A stretch of DNA of 55,495 bases from a virus (IMGVR_UViG_3300009071_000002:1-55495), one strand, 5' to 3'; shown: positions 1-8,323, counted from the first letter of the stretch. The notes: generated by a model not told the origin, from the letters alone. Numbers and translations are program-made.

Positions 1-123
1 ACATTTGCATCAATAACAGGTTGCATAATTGTTAAACCAAACATGGAGTAGCAAATTAAAAACGTTGATAGTGCATACAGAAAGATAATCATATTACCAA
101 CCTCTTTGTATTATTAGTTTTAA
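1..123. repeat. Terminal 123-bp direct repeat (identical to 55373-55495); circular-assembly overlap
   Basis: Exact identity of the first and last 123 nt; it cuts through ORFs, so it is an assembly overlap rather than a biological terminal repeat. Confidence 0.95.
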
Positions 124-348
124 TTGTTTAATTACGTTGTTCTCTCCTGATACTACGCCCAGATTAAATAACGCTTTATCACTGCCAGAGAAAGTATTGC
201 CTATATCCTTTGCTACAAAACTACTTACATTAGCTTTATAGACAGCAAAGTATAAATCATATACTGCCTGTTGTTGTTCTGGTTTCAGTGCCTTAAAAAA
301 CAGTTCTGCGTCTGGTGTGGTCGGTGGTGTTTTTTTATCTTGTGTCAT
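94..348 (-). CDS. Hypothetical early protein (84 aa)
   Basis: ORF with AGGAG RBS upstream; same orientation as the early cluster. Confidence 0.75.
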   Translation of the reverse strand: MTQDKKTPPTTPDAELFFKALKPEQQQAVYDLYFAVYKANVSSFVAKDIGNTFSGSDKALFNLGVVSGENNVIKQLKLIIQRGW

Positions 349-372
349 AATTAGGTTCTCCTGTATTAGGTT

Positions 373-408
373 AAAAAAAAAGTTAGCTACATTATATAAC
401 TAACTTTT
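373..408 (-). terminator. Probable intrinsic terminator
   Basis: AAGTTAG...CTAACTT inverted repeat followed by a T-run on the minus strand, downstream of 549..1580; AT-rich stem. Confidence 0.5.
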
Positions 409-420
409 CCTTTCTGTCTA
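391..420 (-). promoter_or_regulatory. Sigma70-type promoter TAGACA-N18-TATAAT
   Basis: Minus-strand hexamers upstream of ORF 94..348, overlapping the hairpin. Confidence 0.55.
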
Positions 421-548
421 CAATAATATTAATATTACATTACAGCTCCAATTATTAGTAGTAATAGTATAATTATTAAAAAAGACCTTATAGTACTTAA
501 AAGCATGACTTCGCCTTGTGTATTAGATGTTACGTATTTATTCATGTG

Positions 549-1580
549 CTATACTGCCAATGATTCTAGAGTTTGCCATGCCTGACTATCCAATGCGTTG
601 CGGACTAGGATTTCCCTATCCTTTTGGACATTAGCTTTCTGGCTACCTTTTCTACCCATGCTAATTGACTTTAATTCGCCCTTATCATTGACAGACTCAT
701 AGCTTTCATCAGTGTGCGTTGACCAATGTGTTAAAGCATTATATAACGCCCAGATTGTCTTGCCTAGACTAGCTTGCTCCTGTTCATATCTGTACAGCAA
801 GTAATCTGATAATCTGGTATTAACTAGCTTAGTATCTATGACAGTTGGACTAACAATATCACCAAGAGTTTCTACAGTTTTACTATCTTTTCTACAGATA
901 GAATGCGCCAGAAATAATGCCACTTGTTTATCGGTTAATTTAGCATTGCTCCACAATTGGAACTTCTCGGTTTGATTGGTAAAAACATCAAGTGTACTAG
1001 ATATTTTAGACAAGGCGGAATTGACGTTTAATCCAGAAGTGTGTTTTCTCCTCTCGTGGTAAAACTTTTGACCTCCGAACACTAGCGTATTTAAACAAAG
1101 ACTACGGTATGCACCTGTAAAGGTCTGGAATGACCAAGCACCATCTATAGAGTTAAAGATATCGGAACGTAGACAAACTTCATCACCATCTTTGACTTTC
1201 ATAGTGTGGTCTAGAAAATGCACTGTTCTCCTAGTCTTTGCACCCTTATCCCAGAGTTGGTCTATGACTTGAACATTGGACTGCCCTATATCACTAGTTA
1301 GAAGTTTTTCCGTGTGTTTCCTGTACAAGTCAATATGCGGAACTAACTTATACTTGTTAGAGTGGTTTCCCATAAAGTCCCCTGTATCAGAGCGAATGAC
1401 TGCCATTTTGCCATCTACTCTATGTTGCATATCATTATGAAAGTAATGCATACTCACAGGCTCAACTCCAAAGTCAAATAGACTCATGTCATTCAAATCA
1501 TTGTGTTCATACATTTCTGGCAAGATATGACCAGACTCCATAGCAATATCCGCTTTTGGTTTCATTAAATCGTAAGGCAT
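549..1580 (-). CDS. DUF932-family (phage/plasmid early) protein
   Basis: Motifs SNKYKLVPH, NSIDG..F....G.YR..C.N and TIWALYNALTHWSTH resemble DUF932/DUF945 proteins. Confidence 0.7.
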   Translation of the reverse strand: MPYDLMKPKADIAMESGHILPEMYEHNDLNDMSLFDFGVEPVSMHYFHNDMQHRVDGKMAVIRSDTGDFMGNHSNKYKLVPHIDLYRKHTEKLLTSDIGQSNVQVIDQLWDKGAKTRRTVHFLDHTMKVKDGDEVCLRSDIFNSIDGAWSFQTFTGAYRSLCLNTLVFGGQKFYHERRKHTSGLNVNSALSKISSTLDVFTNQTEKFQLWSNAKLTDKQVALFLAHSICRKDSKTVETLGDIVSPTVIDTKLVNTRLSDYLLYRYEQEQASLGKTIWALYNALTHWSTHTDESYESVNDKGELKSISMGRKGSQKANVQKDREILVRNALDSQAWQTLESLAV

Positions 1581-1671
1581 GTTTTTTCTCCCGTTGTGTT
1601 AAGTTATTATAAAAAGTGGTTCTCCACTGTACTTATAGTTTCATAGATATTATGTACATGCAAACTATTTA

Positions 1672-1848
1672 TTATTTATTTTTTTTATTGTTATTCTGTA
1701 CAGAAACAGATGCGTGAGAAAGATTTGCGTGGGAAATTAAATTATCCTCTACAACAACCTGCCTAGCTACACTATCTTCCTGTACAATAACAATACGTTT
1801 TTTAATGGGTTTGGCTGACATTATTTTAGCTGACAATTTCTTACTCAT
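1672..1848 (-). CDS. Hypothetical protein
   Basis: ORF; likely start MSKKL at 1848 overlapping the stop of the upstream gene. Confidence 0.55.
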   Translation of the reverse strand: MSKKLSAKIMSAKPIKKRIVIVQEDSVARQVVVEDNLISHANLSHASVSVQNNNKKNK

Positions 1849-2059
1849 AATATCTAGTCCACGTTTCCTGTACAAGGTCGTACACACTATTCTCACTATA
1901 CTCATCGTTTAGCTTTAAATCCTTGTACTTATTGGTTGACAAAAGTTCAATAGCTAAAGAGTAAATGTCAGAAAAATCCCTCTCTTGCTTGACAAGTTCC
2001 TCTACCTCACATTGAAAATCTGTTTCCATGTCCAGAATATCATTGGTTAGTTTGTTCAT
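1841..2059 (-). CDS. Hypothetical acidic protein
   Basis: ORF; AGGAGG RBS before MNKLT at 2059. Confidence 0.7.
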   Translation of the reverse strand: MNKLTNDILDMETDFQCEVEELVKQERDFSDIYSLAIELLSTNKYKDLKLNDEYSENSVYDLVQETWTRYYE

Positions 2060-2588
2060 GGTGTTCCTCCTGTACAACCTTGTAAGACTCTTTTAAATAC
2101 CACATTGGCATAGGCCTTGACTTTTCCCATTTAGCTATGTTTTTCTTATCGTTGACGTAGTAGCATCTGTATGCCCTAACAGCATTGTTATGTATACGCA
2201 AATGGCTACATTTATATTCGTCTGGCATACACTGTGGGTGGGGTGTACCACTGTTATGTACAGAGTCAAACATAGTGGCATGTACCTTATCCAAATCCAT
2301 TATAACCTGCTGACATTTATGTATTTTGTTATACCTCCTAGTGTACTCAAAGCATAACTCCATACCATGATGCCAAAGCCACTCATAGTTTTCTGCACTA
2401 TCTCCTGTCCATAGTGTACAGGGGTGGTTTTTGTGTGCTTCTCTATAGGGTACTTTATCTCCTAGTCCATACCTGTGCCAAACAGAGCAAAGCATTTGTG
2501 CCGTCTCTAGTGGCATCTTGACAACATGCTTATCACACTGCATTTGTGCTGATATTATAGGGCATTCGTCTAGTACGAATATGTTCAT
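2040..2588 (-). CDS. Pyrimidine-dimer DNA glycosylase-like protein (T4 endonuclease V related)
   Basis: N-terminal MNIF.LD..P..SA..CDKHVVKM.LE.AQML and H.NHPC..W motifs typical of this marine phage family. Confidence 0.7.
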   Translation of the reverse strand: MNIFVLDECPIISAQMQCDKHVVKMPLETAQMLCSVWHRYGLGDKVPYREAHKNHPCTLWTGDSAENYEWLWHHGMELCFEYTRRYNKIHKCQQVIMDLDKVHATMFDSVHNSGTPHPQCMPDEYKCSHLRIHNNAVRAYRCYYVNDKKNIAKWEKSRPMPMWYLKESYKVVQEEHHEQTNQ

Positions 2589-2872
2589 CTGTACAGCACT
2601 CCCAATTTAGACAACACATCTAATTCTTTTTCTGTCATCTCTTGTACTTTATGTACTGTTATCCAATCATTATTATAATCTTCATAGGTATTAGTATCTT
2701 CGTTAAAGTTTTCTTCCATGTAATCATCTTCACCTGTATACGTTTCAAGTATCATATCTTTATCCGTAATAGACTTAGCATCTTCATAGTGTGCTATACT
2801 ATAGTTATTAAACCATGAATGCTCAAAATATTCAGAGTCCCCAGATTTTATTTTAAATGTTACAAATAGCAT
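2585..2872 (-). CDS. Hypothetical protein (95 aa)
   Basis: ORF with GAGG RBS, coupled to neighbours. Confidence 0.7.
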   Translation of the reverse strand: MLFVTFKIKSGDSEYFEHSWFNNYSIAHYEDAKSITDKDMILETYTGEDDYMEENFNEDTNTYEDYNNDWITVHKVQEMTEKELDVLSKLGVLYR

Positions 2873-2873
2873 A

Positions 2874-3038
2874 TCAATGTCCTCTCGGTGGTTGTAAGTT
2901 ATCTTTTTCTTTTAGTACAGCAAAGTCTACTGTGTATATCCACGTTGCACTATCCTCTTGTACTCCATGTATACTTCTATGTTCTACTACAGGGCAAGTG
3001 TCAAGCCAATCCATAAATGTTTTCTGTACATCTTCCAT
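2874..3038 (-). CDS. Hypothetical protein (54 aa, not in ORF track): MEDVQKTFMDWLDTCPVVEH...
   Basis: Read by hand; fills the gap between neighbours, TAATG start/stop overlap, GAGGAG RBS. Confidence 0.7.
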   Translation of the reverse strand: MEDVQKTFMDWLDTCPVVEHRSIHGVQEDSATWIYTVDFAVLKEKDNLQPPRGH

Positions 3039-3214
3039 TAGCTATTCTCCTCTTCTTCTATTTCTTGAAGCCATTGATTAAAAGAATTTTCTATATCACT
3101 ATCCATTTCATGATTTAACTGTACCATTTTAGGATTATCACTCCACTCTGCATATATTTTATAGCTTACTATATGTCGTGGCACTGTCGGTATGGTGTTT
3201 ATATCTCTACTCAT
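3038..3214 (-). CDS. Hypothetical protein
   Basis: ORF; GGAGGAG RBS before MSRDIN. Confidence 0.7.
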   Translation of the reverse strand: MSRDINTIPTVPRHIVSYKIYAEWSDNPKMVQLNHEMDSDIENSFNQWLQEIEEEENS

Positions 3215-3602
3215 TGTCGTACTCCTCCCCTTCACTATAGGATTGATTGTCTAGGTCTTCTGTCTGTACAGTAGTAAGATGGTCTTTTAGTTCCTGTATA
3301 GCTTCGTCAATCTTATCATAGGCTTTCATTGCACTTTGCGGTGATAGCGGAATATGCAGTTTAGCATCTGTTAAAATACTTATTACTAAATCTATCACTG
3401 TGGCACTATTTACTTTAGGTTTGGTTTTCTTATAAAAAGATGCTTCTGTAGATGGGGCATCTCCTGTATAGATAGTTTCGTTATCTCTATGACCATACCA
3501 CTCAACATCCCCTCCTGACTCTACAATACAGCCCATAGGTGCTTCATCACAGTTTGGCCAAGAAGGACACCCTAAGTGTTTATCAATATGTTTGCCCATC
3601 AT
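3207..3602 (-). CDS. Hypothetical protein with Cys-containing N-terminus (HLGCPSWPNCD..P.GC)
   Basis: ORF coupled to neighbours. Confidence 0.7.
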   Translation of the reverse strand: MMGKHIDKHLGCPSWPNCDEAPMGCIVESGGDVEWYGHRDNETIYTGDAPSTEASFYKKTKPKVNSATVIDLVISILTDAKLHIPLSPQSAMKAYDKIDEAIQELKDHLTTVQTEDLDNQSYSEGEEYDNE

Positions 3603-3760
3603 ACCTTCCTCTTCTGTTCGGTTATATGTACAGAACCATTCTTTATATTAACGTCTATTCTTTTTCCTTTACCTAAGTAGTAGCCAATTCTTTTGTTCAT
3701 CTTAATCATATCCTGTTCAGTTTGTACAGCAATGACTTCATGTATTTTAGTTTTTTTCAT
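3599..3760 (-). CDS. Hypothetical basic protein
   Basis: AAGGAGG RBS before MKKTK at 3760; TTGACA on the minus strand at 3806-3811. Confidence 0.65.
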   Translation of the reverse strand: MKKTKIHEVIAVQTEQDMIKMNKRIGYYLGKGKRIDVNIKNGSVHITEQKRKV

Positions 3761-3821
3761 GGTGTCCTCCTTTTCTACAATAACTCTTTCACAGTTATAA
3801 AACATTGTCAACCCCTTAGAC

Positions 3822-3859
3822 AAAAAAAAAAGAGCAGTCTAATTAAAGACTACCCTTTT
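3822..3859 (-). terminator. Intrinsic terminator
   Basis: Minus strand AGGGTAGTCT-TTAATT-AGACTGCTCT stem (with G:U pairs) followed by a long T-run. Confidence 0.75.
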
Positions 3860-4034
3860 ATATATAGGCTAGAACTCGGACTCTAAAGCTGTTCAGTTCT
3901 AATTAAGTGTATTTACCTAGAATTTCCTAACACACCTATAATATTATTCTGTACAGGTAACTTATCGGAAAGTAGCTACCTTTCAAGGATATTATTTAAT
4001 TGACAATCCTTATCTTTCATCAACCCTGTACAAG

Positions 4035-4346
4035 TTATAATGAAGAAACAGGTATATCTCTGTCTAAATCTGCTGACAAAGGTGTTTCTCCGTACTCTCC
4101 TTCTTCTAGTCGGTAGTGATAGACACCACCTAGCCATTTTCCAATGACATTTTTTTTACCATAGTTTTTCTTTCGCAAAGTTCTTATACCCGCTGACGTT
4201 CCTGTTTCAAGATAGCCAATTCTTTTTGACACTTCTTGTACAGAATGCCAATATCCGTCTGACAATACGTCAAGTATTCTCTCTGACATTCCTCTGCGTT
4301 TGTGGTAATTCTTTTTCTCTTCCTGTACATCTTCAGTCATCATCAT
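4035..4346 (-). CDS. Winged helix-turn-helix DNA-binding protein
   Basis: ILDVLSDGYWHSVQEVSKRIG...TSAGIRTLRK...YHYRL fits a wHTH pattern. Confidence 0.65.
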   Translation of the reverse strand: MMMTEDVQEEKKNYHKRRGMSERILDVLSDGYWHSVQEVSKRIGYLETGTSAGIRTLRKKNYGKKNVIGKWLGGVYHYRLEEGEYGETPLSADLDRDIPVSSL

Positions 4347-4686
4347 TTCCTTTCCAAACATTTGGATTATCTGCCCTAACTAACCCTTTGTACCAAGCCT
4401 TTATAATACTTCCTTTGTCCTCTCCATAATCTACTTTATGCTGTTGATGTTTTAGATTAGACTCTTCCACTACAGCATCATAAGCCTTATCTAATTTGGT
4501 AATATCAGAATAAGTAATGTGTTCTACTCCACTATCATTAATGTCTGATACAAGACTTTTTACTTGATTGACAAGTGTTAGTTGTGCATCTGTTATTATA
4601 GGGATTTCTTTCTCTTTCTTTTTCGCCATGTCTTCCTCCTCCTTTAATTTTAGTTCTTTGTTAATCCACTCTGAAAAAGTGTTCAT
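4333..4686 (-). CDS. Hypothetical protein
   Basis: ORF with AGGAG RBS; alternative internal start MAKKK. Confidence 0.7.
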   Translation of the reverse strand: MNTFSEWINKELKLKEEEDMAKKKEKEIPIITDAQLTLVNQVKSLVSDINDSGVEHITYSDITKLDKAYDAVVEESNLKHQQHKVDYGEDKGSIIKAWYKGLVRADNPNVWKGNDDD

Positions 4687-4722
4687 ACTTTATGCTCCTG
4701 TTATTTATAGTTGTCAAGTTAT

Positions 4723-4977
4723 TTATGTAGCTTCACCCCACACTTCGTACTTAGCAATGTCTTCATCTGTTAACATATCTTGCTCAATACAAAGCCTACT
4801 AATACTTCTGATAGCTATTCGTGGGTGCAATCTCTTTTCCTGTTCCGTCATTTTTTCAAGAGTAATTATACATTCATCATGTACCATAGGAGTTAAGTTT
4901 ATATATTTTTCCATATCATCTACAGTGCTACAAACTTTTAAACAGTAGCCAATAATGGCATAATAAAATATTTCCAT
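4723..4977 (-). CDS. Hypothetical protein (84 aa)
   Basis: ORF, TAATG coupling. Confidence 0.65.
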   Translation of the reverse strand: MEIFYYAIIGYCLKVCSTVDDMEKYINLTPMVHDECIITLEKMTEQEKRLHPRIAIRSISRLCIEQDMLTDEDIAKYEVWGEAT

Positions 4978-5318
4978 TATTTTAAATCCACAAGATTATA
5001 AATGTTTCCTGTATTGCCAACAAATCTTTTTATGAGTTGGTTGCCACAGCTTATCTCTACAATGGTATTAAGATTTATGTTCCTGTATCCCTGACTTTTC
5101 ATATCATATACTGTTAAGTACCTATCTTTATTGTTAACATTTATGCCATCTTTTAAATGTTTCTTGACTCCAAGTTTACAATTCATTTCCCTAACTTCGC
5201 CATTCTTTTTGACAAACTTAGCTTTAAATATTTTTTGGCCTACCATGTTTTTAATTACAGGGGATACCAGTGCTTCAGTGTATAGTTTCATCGTCATCTT
5301 CCTCCCATTCAAGTTCAC
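4977..5318 (-). CDS. SH3/Sm-like fold phage protein
   Basis: F.KKNGE.R.M....G...L and V.D.....YR.INL motifs of phage SH3-fold proteins; true start probably near 5291. Confidence 0.55.
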   Translation of the reverse strand: MNLNGRKMTMKLYTEALVSPVIKNMVGQKIFKAKFVKKNGEVREMNCKLGVKKHLKDGINVNNKDRYLTVYDMKSQGYRNINLNTIVEISCGNQLIKRFVGNTGNIYNLVDLK

Positions 5319-5466
5319 TAGCCATTGTCATGTACAGACCGACTAATGTATTTAACATTATTCCTATCATATCTAATTTAGGTAAACCTAATAACATATA
5401 CTTACTATATACTTCAAGTAATTCTTTAATAAAACTTTCAGTTGCTTTTATATTAGTGTTTTCCAT
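5275..5466 (-). CDS. Hypothetical protein (63 aa), first gene of the leftward operon
   Basis: ORF with AAGGG RBS just downstream of a promoter. Confidence 0.6.
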   Translation of the reverse strand: MENTNIKATESFIKELLEVYSKYMLLGLPKLDMIGIMLNTLVGLYMTMASELEWEEDDDETIH

Positions 5467-5490
5467 ATATGTTCCCTTTAAGTTTAACTA

Positions 5491-5519
5491 AAGGTAATAC
5501 TTATAATTTTTTCTGTCAA
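5491..5519 (-). promoter_or_regulatory. Leftward sigma70 promoter TTGACA-N17-TACCTT
   Basis: Perfect -35, 17-nt spacer, at the divergence point. Confidence 0.65.
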
Positions 5520-5532
5520 GTACTTTTTTTTG

Positions 5533-5561
5533 TTGACATAGTTTTTATAAAAAGTTAGTAG
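5533..5561 (+). promoter_or_regulatory. Rightward sigma70 promoter TTGACA-N17-TAGTAG for the replication operon
   Basis: Perfect -35, 17-nt spacer, upstream of AAGGAG RBS and primase. Confidence 0.6.
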
Positions 5562-5586
5562 TGGTAGAGAGAAGGAGAAAAATACT

Positions 5587-6369
5587 ATGGTTGGAGAAAC
5601 TGATGTTGCTACATTTGTTAAGGCACTATCTATACCCACTGATGAAACTTACAGAGGCGATTGTCCTGTTTGTCATCGTAAAAATACTTTCAATGTTACT
5701 AATACTACTGGCAGGCTGTTGTATAATTGTTACCATGCTGACTGTACAGTTGGGGGCACTACAAAAACAGGCGACCTTATACAGACATCGTCTAGTACAA
5801 AAAATCAAAAACCTCAACGAGTAGACCTTTCTGTATATAACAAGCAGTGGGTGGGGCTAGACCGTAGCCAAAGAGTTGTTGATTACTTAAAGTCTGTACA
5901 GGCTTACCATGCTTACCAAAATAAATTTGCTGACATTCGTTATGATGTAAAGGAAGACCGTTGTGTGTTTCTTGTGTACAAGGACAAGACATTGGTTGAT
6001 GCAGTTGGTAGGTCGCTGACAAATTCTAAACCAAAATGGAAAAGGTATGCATCTTCCCGTATTCCTTTTGTGACAAAAAACCAGAGTGACAATCTTGTCA
6101 TTGTAGAGGATTGTGCTTCGGCTTGTGCGTTGACAATATCTGGAGTTAGGGGCATGGCTTTGATGGGTACGAATCTCTTGACAGAATATTTAAAATATTG
6201 TAAGGGGTATAATCGGGTCACCATTGCATTAGACAAAGACGCATCAAAAAAAGCAATGAAGATGGTACACGAATTATCTATTCATGTACGGACAAAGTTG
6301 GTGCTGTTAGAACGAGATGTAAAAAGGTGGAGTACAGAACAAATAAGGGAGAAGTTCAATGTCACTTGA
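5587..6369 (+). CDS. DNA primase (zinc ribbon + TOPRIM)
   Basis: CPVC...CYHADC zinc finger; VIVED and IALDKD TOPRIM motifs. Confidence 0.9.
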   Translation: MVGETDVATFVKALSIPTDETYRGDCPVCHRKNTFNVTNTTGRLLYNCYHADCTVGGTTKTGDLIQTSSSTKNQKPQRVDLSVYNKQWVGLDRSQRVVDYLKSVQAYHAYQNKFADIRYDVKEDRCVFLVYKDKTLVDAVGRSLTNSKPKWKRYASSRIPFVTKNQSDNLVIVEDCASACALTISGVRGMALMGTNLLTEYLKYCKGYNRVTIALDKDASKKAMKMVHELSIHVRTKLVLLERDVKRWSTEQIREKFNVT

Positions 6370-7570
6370 GAAACAAATACTATCAGCGTGTTTATCCAAT
6401 GAGTTTTATAAAGATACAGCAGAGGTTGTGTCTACAGAGATGTTTGCCAATGGTGTGGGAACAATTTTTGACACCATCAGTTTTGCACAACAGAAGTACG
6501 AGAGTGATTTAGATGTAAACACTTTGATACAGCTACACAGGAATAAATATCCTGCACTACCAGAATCATCAAGAGAGCCTATAGAGGAAGTTATAAAAGA
6601 CCTCAGTAAGTTTATGCCAAGCAACAAGATTATACTAAAAGATTTAATCATTGACTTTTGGAAGAAAGACAAGGCACATAAGATTAGTGACTTATCCGCT
6701 GACATTTGGTTAGGCAACAGTGACGACTTTACTGTACTGAGAACTTTAGTTGACACGGCTATAGAGAAAGCACCAGAAGATGAAGGGAACTTCCAAGAAG
6801 TGAAAGATGACATAAAAGATTACATAGATGGTTGGGATCAAGGTTTTGAATTTAAGTTTGAGTTGCAATCATTGGCTGACAAAATCAGTGGTGCGGGTAG
6901 AGGAAACTTAGGGATTATATTTGCTAGACCAGAGACAGGGAAGACAACCTTCTGTACATACATGGTTGCAGAATATATCCGACAAGGATTTAAGGTAGCC
7001 TATTTTGCTAACGAAGAACCCGGAAGATTGGTTAAAGGCAGAGTGTTCTCCGCATATCTTAAACGATCTATTGATGAGATGAAGAAGAACTTAGATAATT
7101 CTATGACTGTGTACAAGAACGAGATAGAACCAAACCTAAAGTTATTGGAAGGTAGAGGTATTACTTTATCAGAAATAGAAAAATTTATTGACATACATAA
7201 ACCTGATGTGGTAATGGTGGATCAGTTAGACAAAGTAGTCATCAACGGTAACTTTGCTAGGACAGATGAAAAGTTACGGGCATTGTATGAGGGGGCAAGA
7301 ACGATAGCTAAAAAACAACAAGTATTATTTTGGTCAGTGTCTCAAGCATCCTACGATGCACAGGGTAGACAAGAGGTAGACTTTAGTATGTTGGAAAATA
7401 GTAGGACAGGTAAGGCTGCAGAAGCTGACATCATTGTAGGTATAGGAAAGAATTACGGTGAGGAGGAAGATTACATTCGTCATCTTTGTGTATCTAAGAA
7501 TAAACTTAACGGGTGGCATGGGACAGTAACATGTTCTATTGATATACACAGGGCGAGATACGAGTTATGA
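6359..7570 (+). CDS. DnaB-like (SF4) replicative helicase
   Basis: Walker A ARPETGKTT, VVMVDQLD, SQ and AEADIIVG motifs. Confidence 0.93.
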   Translation: MSLEKQILSACLSNEFYKDTAEVVSTEMFANGVGTIFDTISFAQQKYESDLDVNTLIQLHRNKYPALPESSREPIEEVIKDLSKFMPSNKIILKDLIIDFWKKDKAHKISDLSADIWLGNSDDFTVLRTLVDTAIEKAPEDEGNFQEVKDDIKDYIDGWDQGFEFKFELQSLADKISGAGRGNLGIIFARPETGKTTFCTYMVAEYIRQGFKVAYFANEEPGRLVKGRVFSAYLKRSIDEMKKNLDNSMTVYKNEIEPNLKLLEGRGITLSEIEKFIDIHKPDVVMVDQLDKVVINGNFARTDEKLRALYEGARTIAKKQQVLFWSVSQASYDAQGRQEVDFSMLENSRTGKAAEADIIVGIGKNYGEEEDYIRHLCVSKNKLNGWHGTVTCSIDIHRARYEL

Positions 7571-7797
7571 TATTAAAAGCTGACGGATTTGATGATGCGA
7601 TATTGGGCTTAGGCCGAAGATGTTCACAACCTGATCTGTTAGTTTATGATGTTGACAAATGTGTAGCCATACTTATGAAAGATGGAATGACAGACGAAGA
7701 AGCTATGGAATATTTTGAGTACAACGTGGTAGGATCATGTATGGGTGAAGGAACACCTATCTTTCTGTACAGAGGAGTGGAGGATATAGAACTATGA
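7567..7797 (+). CDS. Conserved phage hypothetical protein
   Basis: ADGFDDAILG...EA.EYFEYNVVG...GTP motif familiar from marine phages. Confidence 0.75.
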   Translation: MILKADGFDDAILGLGRRCSQPDLLVYDVDKCVAILMKDGMTDEEAMEYFEYNVVGSCMGEGTPIFLYRGVEDIEL

Positions 7798-8012
7798 AAA
7801 AAAGAATACACGTAAATCAGCACGTTATAAGAAGCAACAAAAAGAACAACGAGAATAACCCTGTAATAACTGTTAAAACTTACCAAGACAATACCTATGG
7901 TCACGAAGTAAGCATATTAGGAAACAGCAAGGTTGTGTACAGGCCAGATAAACCCCTGTCTTGTGGGGCAAAAGTATGGATAGAAACGGATGCGGAAGTG
8001 GTGGTGAAATGA
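7794..8012 (+). CDS. Conserved phage hypothetical protein
   Basis: IHVNQHVIR.N.K...KPLSCGAKVWIET motif; ATGA coupling. Confidence 0.75.
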   Translation: MKKRIHVNQHVIRSNKKNNENNPVITVKTYQDNTYGHEVSILGNSKVVYRPDKPLSCGAKVWIETDAEVVVK

Positions 8013-8323
8013 CAAAAAAAAAGACGGGCTATAGGTATTTTAAAACTAATCGTAAAGGAGAGCCTGTATTTAGAAGAAATACGGATCAAACTTTATGTGA
8101 GGTAGAAACATACTTAAAAGAATCTAATATTAATTACGAATATAGATTAGGAGCTACTGCATTAAAAATTTATAATAAAGAAGAGATACCCTTTATATAT
8201 TATTTTACTACTGGAAGATGGAAGCGGTACAATGGGAGAAAGTTTCCCCACTACCACAGCAACTCTGTACAAGATTTTGCTATAAAATATTTAAATAGGA
8301 AGTTTGATGATAACCGTTCTTGA
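8009..8323 (+). CDS. Hypothetical protein
   Basis: ORF; ATGA-coupled start MTKKK at 8009. Confidence 0.65.
   Translation: MTKKKTGYRYFKTNRKGEPVFRRNTDQTLCEVETYLKESNINYEYRLGATALKIYNKEEIPFIYYFTTGRWKRYNGRKFPHYHSNSVQDFAIKYLNRKFDDNRS

Noticed and set aside
791-8271. TGTACA copies as a CRISPR-like or tandem array
   Set aside because: Spacing is irregular, the core is only 6-8 bp and most copies lie inside genes
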